Source: Monocercomonoides exilis PA203
Lineage: Eukaryota; Protista; Preaxostyla
Reading direction: 5' to 3'
Length of the DNA: 64,000 bases
Assembly: GCA_001643675.2 (NCBI GenBank)
Contig: LSRY02000041.1
Span: forward strand, 62,001-126,000
The notes under the pieces are model-generated. The model did not search any database. It was given only the letters and a program-made list of their open reading frames with translations, and was not told where the DNA came from. Made by a program: the position numbers and the translations under genes. This document shows, piece after piece, positions 38,001 to 49,434 of this stretch; position 1 is the first letter of the stretch, and the number at the start of each line of letters is the position of its first letter.

Positions 38001-40876
38001 ATGAGATCTTCATTTCTCTTAAGGGATCCTTTGCATCGTCTGCATCCTACGGAGCAGAGCAGCAGAGGCCAAAGTGATAACACAATTCAGCCAGCGCTGT
38101 GCGATGGGGCGTGTCCAGAGGAGAAGTGGCAACTGTTGATATGTTCAAAGAGCACCAGACACAGGTTCGTAGAGTTCATGTCGTATCGTCAGTGGGGTTG
38201 GGGGAGAAGAAGAAAAAGAAGAGGAGGGACGAAGAATGAAGATGAGAAGGGGAATAGAAGGAGAAGAAGAGATAGATTGTGAAGAGAAAGAAGAGAAAGA
38301 AGTTGAAGAAGAAGATGATGATGAACTCTAATACTGTTGCAAAGAAAAAGAGAAGGTCGAACAAAATTCTTTCCCATCTCAAACATAAACAATTATAAAA
38401 CCAGCGCTTCTTGCGCTGCACATCACGCAACTTCAATTCTCTTCCACACCTTTGACGTCCCTCATCTAATATTTATTACCATTTCCAACTTCCTCTTCCT
38501 CCTCTTCTTTTCTTCCGTGACTGCGTTCACAATTCTGGATTAATGTTCATCCAACAGCTTCACCAAGCCAGAAGAACAACCTTCTTTCACTTGAGATGTG
38601 CTTGGTTTATTTATTCTTTCTAAAATTGCACAAAAAAGCTGAAAAATATGGACTTTTCTTATTGTTCAGCGACTGAGTTGTAACATCCAGTGATTTTCAA
38701 TCAACGCACTGAGAATCTGCATCAGATATTTGTGGCTTATTACAGTGGGTTTGTGCTATCTTCTTCTTCTTCTTCTTCTTCTTCTTGTTCTTGTTCTTCA
38801 ACGCATTTCATCTATCCTTTTGATGAAAAAATCTCTGTCTCTTTCTTTCACTTCTTTTCCTTTCTTTTCAACTTTTCCGCTTTCAACATTCATCTCTCTT
38901 TCTCTCTCATTCTCAATCTCGTTATTCTCCATTCCTATTTCAAAATCAAATCCATCAACAACGTTAACTTCAGCCTCCTCTTTTTCTGTATTCATTCTGA
39001 TATCGACTTCATCCATTCCTCCTTCTGAAGTCTCTTTCTCACTCTTCACATTTTTCGCATCTTTTTCCATTTCATTCTTCTCCTTAACCTCCAACCCACA
39101 TCAACAATCGCGCCCCATCTCCGATTGTAAATCCTTTGCGATTAACAGATTGTCTTCTTCCACTCTTTTCGGTTCTTCTGAATCGCCTTTCAACGGCCAG
39201 ATCATTGCACACGTTTGCATTATCTCCCACATTGCTGTTTCGCACAGTACCGCAGCAGCTGTTGAGAACTGAATAATTCTCATTTCGCCTTTTTTAATAA
39301 AATCCAGCAGCGGTAGTCTAAATAACTTGAACAGCATGAGGAAGAAATTCAGAAGATTTCTCAAGTGAAATGCACGATCCTCACACAACCGCCGTTGATT
39401 CTTCAAGGTGTTTCAGGAAAAAGATGAAGAGAAAGATGATGAATTTCATCGAACGGTCACAATGTCCAGCCAGCCTTCAAATTCTTGCTCGTTGTTGGGG
39501 AACTGGAGGTGCTCAATGCTGTTTCACACACATCGCAGGGAGAACTCAGAGCTTCACGCATGTCTTAGAAGGTCCGGCCATATCTTTTTCTTCTATAAAA
39601 ACTGCTCAGACGAATGAACAAAAAGAAGATAAAGGATATTCACTAAAGACAAGAGCAATTGAACGCTGCTCATTTTGTTTCAGCGCGTGTGGCAGACACT
39701 TTTTGAGTGCACCCTAGGCTTCCAGCGAGTGTTGCTTTGAAGAGTGGTTGAGAAGCGTGATCAACATCATTAAGAAGACAGAGAGAGGAGAAAGCTGCTG
39801 CTGCAGTGAGGAGGAATAGAAGTAGGAGGAGGATGCAGAACCGGGCTCCGAGGAAATAGGAGATGCTGTTGATAATAACGATGCAAAAGGCAACGCATAT
39901 AATGTTGCAGCATTCTCTTCCGTTGTTTGAGCGAGCAACTCATAGAGCGGCTCAGGGCTTTCATGCCATGCAAACAGCAAAGCCAACTCAACGTCTTGCA
40001 GATTGGAAGATTCGGCAATGAGCTTGCGGACTGTTGTCTCAACGCTTCTCTTTTCGAATCGACAACGTATTCTAATTCTTTTGCGGGGCTCTGAAGAAAT
40101 GATAGAGGGCTCCGTGTCAGTGAGGCAAGGCTCATTTGAAACAGCACGTTGTATCGCAGTCATTTCGTCATATGGGCTCATTAACACTCTTTCGTGATCG
40201 TAGAAATTGTCCACCCGATCAGAAATCGCGTATGAACACAAACTTGATTTGAGTGCAAAATATGCAGTTTGTCTTTCGAATTCTGCTTTCCCCTTTTCCG
40301 ACTGAGAAAAATCAACGCGCTTTATTTCGCTCTGCAAGAAGCATACGTCTCCAGCAGCTGCCCTTCCAGTTAAAGTTCCTTTGACGCTTTTCTCTATGGA
40401 TTGAGCCTCCTGTCATACGCAGATATGCCTATAGCCTCTGCGGTTTTTGAGTATGCTCCCTTAAAAAATGTTGGAATAAGAAAATTGAAAAAAGAAAGTT
40501 GCGATGGAGTTGTGCTTGTAATACATGTCCTTTTCCAACAGCAGAAGCGGCTTGCACCTCTAATCCCACTTTGATGAAGAGAAAAATATCAAAGATGACA
40601 AAAACGACAACGAAAAAGAATAAGAGAAGGAGGAGGAAAAAGACAATGAAACAGATAAAGAACTATATATTTCCATTGCTCTTTGAATTCTATCAGATCC
40701 AGTTGATTTTGGTGTTCTGGTGAGCTTCAGTTGAATTTGCATGATCGCGCTTGTATGATCTTCTCCTTTTCATACAGTCAGTGATAAGGCAGATCCTTGG
40801 TGCAAAACCCGATCCTTTTAAATATGCTGATATCGAAAATTTTGAAAATAAATTCTCATCAACGCATTTCAAAAAA

Positions 40877-40879
40877 AAA

Positions 40880-40926
<47 letters not shown>

Positions 40927-40928
40927 AT
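40877..40928 (+). repeat. (AAAT)n microsatellite inside pogo B
   Basis: About 13 tandem AAAT units. Confidence 0.95.
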
Positions 40929-41179
40929 ATGATAAATAAATCCAATTATAATTATAAAACTATATTAAGCAATGTCGAAATCACAATTCAATGAAATGAT
41001 AAATGAAATAAAAAAGAACGAATATTTTCACTTTCATTTCTGGCACATAAAAAAATGATATCATAGATGAGTTATCGAAAGAAATTGACACAAATAATGA
41101 TGACAAATATCAAGAAATGCCAAAAGTGAAAACAAAAAACTGTTATCAGGATTTTCAATTTAATCATTAACAATATAAC

Positions 41180-43068
41180 ATGAGCAACAAAACATATCTC
41201 TCTCCTCTTCAACTTCATCGCGAGCTCGCATCCAGCAAATATCGTTCCATTTCTTCAACAACTAAAAAAATATTTGCAATTCGAAATGATTATTCACTGA
41301 AATGGCAAACTGTGGTGAATGATAAACTTAAATCCAAAAGAACTTGGTTCAGGGGAATCAAAGCACAAAAGGAAGGAAGGGATGTTGGAGTTGATGGGCA
41401 TCCTTTAACCATCAATTCACGACAGCTCGAAACAATAGCAAACCAAGTTCTTGTGAAGTTGTCGGAACAGAAAACTATTCGAGTGAATGACGTTCGAAAC
41501 ATGGTTTGATTTGTTATTTACTATTCCTTTTTTAAATATACATTTTAATGAGTGCGTGGACATTTTCGAAAAGGATTCAACAGATGAAAACGAGCCAAAA
41601 ATAATAAACGAAAAATGTGCAGACAAGTTGTTAAAAAAAGTAATTTTATTCGTACTGCAATTACAAGCCAACAGACATGTCAAAAATTGCTGCTCAATCA
41701 CCAGAGAATGTCAGACAATGGTTTGAAGAATTGTCAAATGTGATTAACAAAAATCACATTGATTCTTCAAAAATATTTAATTTTATTGAATCCTCATTGA
41801 ATATGAATGAAATTCCTCGAAAACTGATTGCTTGCCTAAAAAATCAAATTCCTCCATCTTCTCCAGCTCCTCCGAAAGTGCCAAATTCATCGTTGTGCTT
41901 ATGAGTATGTGCGGATGGATCCTCTCCATGAAAATTTCTTCTTTGTCCGACAAAACGTTCACCCGATGAATTTTCCACACTTACGTCTTTCGATATTGAA
42001 GTTCTTCTTTCCTCATCTGGATGGATTACAAAAGAGATTTTCAGGAGCATCATGATCAATTTTTGGATACCTGCGATTGTCTCTAAAGTTTAACCAACAT
42101 CGACACATAAAGCCCTGTTCCTAATGGATAATCATGGAACTCATTCAGACAATTCTGTTGCAGATTTTGCAGAGAAACACAATATCATTTTGAAGTGTTT
42201 TCCACCAAATATGACCCATCTATTACAACCGTGCGACTCGTGCATCTTTTCTCGTTTGAAAACAACTCTTTACAATAAATTTCACGTTCCTGTTCCGTTT
42301 TCGATTCATTCCTACAGATCTTCCCTTGCCTACACACTCCCTGAAGCAGTTGCTGCAGCAACAATGCCTTCTGCAATCAAATCAACTTTCATTAAAAGAG
42401 GAGTTTGGACTACTGCGGTATCCCCAGTTTTTGATCGCATATCTTTATCCCCAATACAAAATCACAAATGCAATTCCGAAACATCTGTTTCATCGAGAGA
42501 TTGGAGAGAAGAGTTGTTTGGGTATTATTCTCCTCAAAGTGACAAACAATTATCTTTTTCATAACCTTCAAAGCATTCATCTGTAAAAGATTTTGCAATA
42601 ACAAAAGAACCGACAACATTGATTGTTAATCACAGAAAATTTTCCTCTAACGAAAATTCCACTGAAGGAAAAACATCAAAAGAAGCTGATGAGATGGATG
42701 AATCTGAGCTAATGAAACAAACTGAATCAACAAAAGAGCATTTGGATTTTCTTCAAAAGCGGCTTGCGAAAATTGGAAAATTAACTTCATCTTCTTCTGA
42801 AAAGAAACGAAAGAATAAACATAGTCGACAAGAACTTAATGAAATGTTGAATAAAGAACCAGCAAAGGAAAAAAAGTCATCGAGAAAAAAAGCAAAGAGA
42901 GTAATTGAAATACTTAAAGATGATGAAAAAGAAGAAAAATCAACTTCTAAAAATGATAATAGAGATTTTGATCACCTTCCCAGAGAAATTTCTCCTTCAT
43001 TTAATTCGAAAGAGAAACGTATTCGAGAAACATACTACTCAAAATTCAACTGCAGAATAAAACTCTAG
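41180..43068 (+). pseudogene. pogo-family DD35D transposase, inactivated
   Basis: Fragments IFNFIESS (first Asp lost), SSSGWIT and LFLMDNHGTH...FPPNMTHLLQPCD (D35D spacing). Broken by stops and frameshifts. Confidence 0.88.
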
Positions 43069-44875
43069 CCTTCACATCATTTTGAAGAACGAACAAGAAG
43101 TTTTCTTTTTAAATATTTGCTTCATATCGATTATTTTTAACCACACCAAAAATAATACAAAAACAAAATGTGTTTTCTTTGTTTATTATTTCATAATAAA
43201 ATTATTTAATATGTTGCCAAATACCTGGTTTCAACGAATAGTTAAATATATATTGTTTTTTGTTGAAGAAATATTAAACAACTTCGAAAAATGATCACAT
43301 TCTCTCTCTCTTTTGGTTCGTGTTTTTCTCCAAGGATCGGCTTTTGCACTGACTGTATGTGATCTCCAGAAACTTCTTTATGATCTTGTGGATGTTTAGT
43401 GTTTCGCATAAACAGTGTAACTTGCTAATGTTTTCGACTCAGTGTATTTTTGAATCAGTCAACTCATTCGATCCTGATGAATGATGATTGGATGGAGAAT
43501 CATTAACAGAAGCATTTAAAGCGACTCTATGGTTGATAATTTGTGGTTGGTTGTTGTTGTTGATGATGATAATCAAAGAGAGTGAAATGCCATTCGAACA
43601 ACAAACTATTCTAAAAGATAAAGCAGTTTTTTCAGAAAGGTGTTCCGTTGAACTCTTTGAATAAAAAACAAATAAAATTAGAAAATGAGATAATCAGAAA
43701 ATGAATTGTTCAAATGAAGAAATAATTGGAGTGAACACACGAAATAAAGCACACTTCTTATATATTTTGCAAGCTAACAATATATATTTTTTTAACGGTC
43801 AAATCGAATATTCATCAATTGTTTGCAATATCGATAAATTGATATTAATTCTTCATTTAACTTAAAAAAGTTTTATAAATTGACATGATCATTGCGTTGT
43901 GGGCATTTCATTTTTTTTGCTCGAAACAGCATAAAATGATATCAAACTACCATCTGGTGTTGAAAATTCACCGTCCACTTTTGACCAAAACGCAAAAATT
44001 ATTTGGTTTTTTATGATCATTAATTTTGGAAATGTGATATTTGTTTGAATATTATTCATTTTATTTGTGAATATTATTGCTTTATTAATACAAACAAGTC
44101 ATCCGAAATTGGTTTTGATTTTTTTATTGTTTGAATATAGGTGAAAAAATGTCTTTTTTATTTTTCATTGAATTTTCATTTCAAATTTGAAAAATTTCTC
44201 TGTAAAATATTTCTTTCAAATATTTTTAATTTTTGAATGAATATGTATAGTATTATTGTTCTATTCGAAATATAACTGTTTTGATATAAATATCTTCATT
44301 GTTGAGTAACCACAACGGTTGATGAATATTCAGTGATGAGAAAAACATAAAAATAAAATTATTGTTAATTCGATAACAACCATAAAACAAAATTACACAC
44401 AAATAACAATAGCACTTCATTGTGTTAATCATCTGAAATATAGAAAGCAACATATAAATTTCTTTTTTTGTTGCATCACTCTCAAAGGAATGTTTTTTAA
44501 CTATATCATCATTAAAACATTTCCCGATAATCAATTCAATATCAATTAATATAAACAATAAAAGGTTCAATAGAAAGCATTTCAATATCAACAAATTCAT
44601 GGTATCAAAGACAATTCCAAACAAAGAAGAATACTTATATAAAAAGTTCAAAAACAAACTTGTCTATTTTCGCTCTGTTTTCCATCCACTCTCCCCTTTC
44701 TGATATTTCTCTAACTTTGACTCAAAAAGATCAAATTCAACAAAGAAAAAAGGCAGACACAGTGATGAAACATCACTTCACACTCTCAGCTATTCCCCTT
44801 TCCTAAAACCTAATCCAAAAATAATTGAAACTCTTCACAACACCCATCAAATAATGAATCTCTATTTAGACATAT

Positions 44876-47800
44876 GGGTGATTTTTTTTGATATCATAAA
44901 AAATTCCGACGTTTGATCAAAAAATTTTCATTAAGGGTGGGGTTGATAAGAAAAATTTAATTTGAAATTTCATAAAATAAAAGTTTTATATATCATTATT
45001 AATATTTATTTGTTGTTTTTAATTTGTTTTTAGTTGTTTTTATTACAAAATTTGAAAAAATATAAAAAAATATTCAAAAAATCTCAAAACTTAAATAAAC
45101 AGAACAAAACAAAAGTTCACTGGTTTGCAAAACATGATAATAATTATTACAATATGTTATCACTAATTTTTTTACATAAAAATTAGTTTTATGATGTTGT
45201 TGCAAAGAAATTTTGAAAATGAAATTGAAGATCATAAAACTTTTATTGAAAACAAACAATTTTTAAAAACACAAATGAAAAGTCTAATAGTTAAACTAGA
45301 TATTTATCAGATATTCAACAATTAGAAGTTGATATTAGCTTGGAAATAAATAATACTTTAAAGAAGTTATTTAAATAGATTGATCAAAGTTATTTTATGA
45401 AAATTACAAAGAAAGAATAAAAAAAAATAAAAAGAAATTCGAAAAATTTCACTTTTTTCACTTCAAAAGCTCACAACTATTATGAACATATCTTTTTCAT
45501 CATCTGTTCTTCTTTTAAGCATTGCCTCAGTTGTTTGGTGAACATTCCATTCAACTATTTTTTGAATATGCTTTTCTGCGCTATTTCTTTCTCTTCGCAA
45601 ATCACTTTAAAAGCTGTGAAGATATGTGAATTAGTTTCTTTGCATTTTTCATCAGCCTTGCTTGGTTCAGTTTCAACGTTGATTTGAAGATGCAAGGGTG
45701 ACTTTAGAAAGTGGAGAGGATGGTTTTCGGGCTGATAACAATCAGCTTTTGGAGGGTTGTTATATTCAAGTACGAAACACTGGGCGAAGTGGCGAGCTCA
45801 ATGTTCTCACAGATCAAGTGCACTGGGAGCATCAGCGTGGTGGAATGCAGAGGGTGTACGATTGAGGGTGTGGAGAAGGGGAGCGGAGACGGGGGATGTG
45901 TAAAGATCGCAGCGAGACCAGACAAAGACACATGGCTTGTGTTGCGGGGTGTTTTTGGGGTGGGCAGATGTTGCCAGGCAGTTTGCCCTCTAGCACTCAG
46001 CGTATTCGTGCTGGACACATCCAGGCCCCACCTCCTCCTCTCATTTTCAACCTCCACTTCACCTTCCTTCACCACCTCCATCGCCTCCCACTCTTCCCAC
46101 ACTGACCCCGACCTCGATATCAGCCCCAACACCTTAATCACCTTCCACCGCTCCCACCAGATGTTCGTCGATTAGGACACCTGCTCCTCTGCCCTCCAGT
46201 GCGGCTCCCTGCCTGCTCCCTGCGACTTCATCTCCACAAATGTGTGATACATCTACCGCTCAATAGAAAAATACCTCTGGATCAGCCCACTCTTCCCTCT
46301 TCTTCCTCCTCGACGGACAACTGGCTGTGTCCTCCTTCCTCTTTTCCGCGGCTGACCAGCTCGTCCGCCTTTACTCCACCCATCTTTGTTCTTGCCTAGG
46401 CATCCTTCACCTCTCCAACATATCTGTCCATTCCCTCCCCCCTCACCTGCCCTGCTCATCATGCTCTCCACGCTTCCTCCCTCTTCCCCTCCGACTCCAA
46501 CCTCTCCACCCTCAGTGCTGCCTAGCCTCTGCTCCTGCTCGGAGATGACATCAGCAACTTTGTTGAGCATCTCATCACCACCTATCTCGCCATTGGAGGT
46601 TTCAGTGTTGTTATTCTCATCTCACTGTGTTAAATCATTCATAAAGTTCCTTCAGTGTGATGCGTTCCATCTTCACTGCAATCTTGATCGACAAGCTCTG
46701 TTGGAGTGTGCATACCAACAGCTTCCAGCACACCAGCAATATCCTTTCCATTTGTATATTTTCCCTCACCGCCAGCTGCAACCTCATCTGCTTGATATGT
46801 CAGAGCACTCAATATCTCCTCGTTCAAATGAGGAGGAGGAGTCATCCTTCCAAACACCTCTAAGTGACTCATCAACTGTTGATTCACTCGGCGCTGCAAA
46901 AAGAATCAACTCTCTCCTCTGACTTTCGTATCAATGCTTTCAGGCTTTAGTGTAAAGGAAGAAACAAATGAAAAAACATACCTTGAAATCTGTCATTCTT
47001 TGCTTTGAGAGAAAGAGAGAAAAGAAGGGGATATTGGGGAATTGAAGAAGAGGAAGAGGAAGGATAAGAAGAAGAAAAAGAATGTGAAGAAGAAGAAGGA
47101 GGAGGAAGAAGGAGAAGAAGGAGAAGAAGAAGAAGAAGACGAAGAAGAAGAGGAAGGAGAAGAGGAAGGAGGAGGAGGAGGGGGAAAAAAAGGAAAGGAA
47201 GGAAAGGAAGGAGGAGGTGCATAGGGGAGTATGGAAGAAGCAGTTGAGAAGAGAGCAGAGGCATTGAATTGAGCTTGAGTGGAAAGAGGAGGAGGAGAAG
47301 GAATAATCAGAGGAGGTTGAAGAAGAGCATTATCAGCTGCATTTGTTGTGTGTGTATCACATTCTATTCTTCAATACTTTCTGTTGAAGAATATGAAGAA
47401 GAAGATGATGACGACGAAGGAGAAGATGAAAGCAACGTTTGTGAGTTTATTTCAATATTACTTGCTTCTATGTTTGTATTTAGCTTATTTATGGATTTAT
47501 CATCCTCTTCTTCTTTTCTTTCTCTATCCTTCCTCTCTTTTCCTTCTCCATCTTTTCTCTTTCTTTCCTTCTTCCTTTTCTCCTTTTCTCCTTCTCTCTC
47601 ATCCTCCTTGCCCAGATCTCATCCTCTCTGTCTTCCAGTGCCTTCATTCCTTTCTCATCAAACCTCAGCTCCTGCGGATATTTCAGTATGCGAGCCAAAA
47701 TCCCCTCTTCTCCTTCGCACACAAGCTTCTCTATGTCCCATCCATCAACAGGCAGCAGCAACACGCTGTCTTCCATCGTGCTTCTCTGCCCGCAAGTCTC

Positions 47801-48998
47801 AGCATAGCCGACCCAGTGGTGGAGAAAAGAAGGAAAGGTGGGGCAGGCGAACAAGGTGGTTCTTGAGGAACAGAAGAAGAGGAAGAGGAAAAAAACAAAG
47901 AAGAAGAATATGTAACTGCGTATGAATGCGCAGAAGATTTCGAAATAGTCAGTCGAGTCTTTGCTGAAGAAGACGAAAGAGATGAGTTCCGCTTTTAACT
48001 TGCTTCCGGCTTCTTCTTCTGCCTTTAGATTTCAGATGCATTTTGCGAGAGAGTTTAGCATGCATGTGCAATAGAGATCGGTTTGAGGGTGTGGCTGCTG
48101 TGCTTCTTGTGTGTCTGTGCAAGTGGCTGGTTGATATGAGGAGATTGTTTGAAAACAGATGTATTTTGAGAGGCTGATGAAGAAGATGAAATAGAAGAAG
48201 ATGATGATGACGATGATGATGATGAAGCAGTTGGTACAGCTGTTGAGGAAGGAGAAAGGAAGTTGTTGATGAGCTGGGTTTAGAATGAGATGACTTTGAG
48301 AAATGAGAATATGAGTGAGGCTTTGAAGAAGAAGAAGAAGAAGAAGAAGAAGAAGAAGAAGAAGAAGAAGAAGAAGAAGAAGAAGAAGAAGAAGAAGAAG
48401 AAGAAGAAGAAGAAGAAGAAGAAGAAGAAGAATAAAAAAAGAAGAATAAAAAGAAGAAGCAGATGTGCTTGGAAATTGCAAATAAGGCTGCGAAACTTCA
48501 GCTTCACCACTATTAGCGGAAGAAATTAAAGAAGGAAGAGGAGAAGAAGCTTCTTTCACACTTTTTTTTGCTGTATTTGACTATTATCTTGTGAAATACA
48601 AAGAAAACTAACAGATAGTAAGCTTTTCTGATAAGTATCAGAAGAAGAAAAAGAAAAAATATTTGAATCAAACATCTTCAAACACATTCGTATTTTTACT
48701 TGTCTTTTGCTCAGAATATTTTCGTTCTTTTGAAATACAACTTTCATCATCATCTTCTTTTGTTGTTCTTTTGAAGAAAATAAGTTTTCTGAAATATTAT
48801 CTTCTCCTTTTTCTGAGTCTGAAAATGCTCTTTTATTTGGAAACACATCTGCACAGCTTTCAAAATAAACTGCTTGCCGATCAAAAGATAGATCATCTCA
48901 AATTAACAGCACCTTTATTATATAAACAACAATAGGCTATTCGAAATGCTCTTTTATCAACACCTTCCTCTTGTTCGCTTAGCTTTTGAAGATCGGGA
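44876..48998 (-). mobile_element. Element 2, paralogue of element 1, with a decayed minus-strand gene; truncated at the 426-bp repeat
   Basis: ATAT|GGGTGATTTTTTTTGATATCATAAAAAATTCCGACGTTTGATCAAA matches 32830 onward. Collinear coding blocks 45510/35500, 46100/36190 and 46650-46790/36720-36860. Confidence 0.55.
48325..48432 (+). repeat. Perfect (GAA)n trinucleotide repeat, about 36 units
   Basis: Uninterrupted GAA run, which reads as poly-Ser (TCT) on the minus strand. Confidence 0.95.
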
Positions 48999-49424
48999 GA
49001 GATATAATCTAAATGACAGACGAGTTGAGCAAAAATGCAAATAGCATTTGAAAAGCACTCTCTTTCTAATTATTTTAAAGTTGTAATTATTTGACGAAAC
49101 TTCGTCTGTCATGTTCAGTTTTAAAAATGCGAAAAATAAAAAAATAATGGATGTGATCATCAATTTTATATTTATATTTCCGTATCTCTTTGTATAGCTT
49201 ACAAAAATTAATGAACTCTGCTGTCTGTATGTTAATTTTTGTTGATTATTTGATTTTGTTGAGCTAAATAATAAAATTTTCATTTTTAGTGGGTTAATTT
49301 CTATCATTATTAAAGCACTTTCACTATCACCCTGCACCGATTAATATGGAAAGCGATATGTTGAATATGCTTTAAAATTTGTCAAATAGATATTTGAGGT
49401 GTGCTATAATTTTCTCTGTTTGTT
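48999..49424 (-). repeat. 426-bp inverted duplication, left copy
   Basis: Reverse complement of 56660-57085. ORF-track translations 48957..49337(-) and 56747..57133(+) are identical for about 113 aa. Confidence 0.95.
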
Positions 49425-49434
49425 ATTTTGATAT

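Larger units (their letters stand above)
40775..43355 (+). mobile_element. pogo/Fot1-type DNA transposon B
   Basis: TA|CAGTCAGTGATAAGGCAGATCCTTGG ... CCAAGGATCGGCTTTTGCACTGACTG|TA: a TIR of about 26-35 bp with a TA duplication. Confidence 0.92.
35470..43720 (-). pseudogene. Decayed large gene of unknown function inside element 1, interrupted by pogo B
   Basis: Fragmented minus-strand ORFs (39714..40337, 36706..36936 and others). Blocks are homologous to 45480-48998, e.g. ADEVAVGEVVIPNGKAVVGGLIVVGM vs ADEVAAGGEGKYTNGKDIAGVLEAVGM, with substitutions concentrated at minus-strand third positions. Confidence 0.55.
32834..44845. mobile_element. Large composite element 1 (ATAT|GGGTG terminus) carrying a decayed gene, two nested pogo elements and a tRNA-like sequence
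   Basis: The left ~280 bp is homologous to 44876-45140. The right end is tentative (AACACCC|ATCA at 44839-44849, with weak inverted similarity of 44660-44830 to 33170-33350). Confidence 0.45.

Noticed and set aside
32594-48432. CRISPR-like or telomeric arrays
   Set aside because: The repeats are simple microsatellites without spacers. TTAGGG occurs only as isolated instances.
48957-49337. 126-128-aa ORF present twice (also 56747..57133)
   Set aside because: GTG start, AT-rich non-coding composition and differing C-termini. The identity only reflects the DNA duplication.
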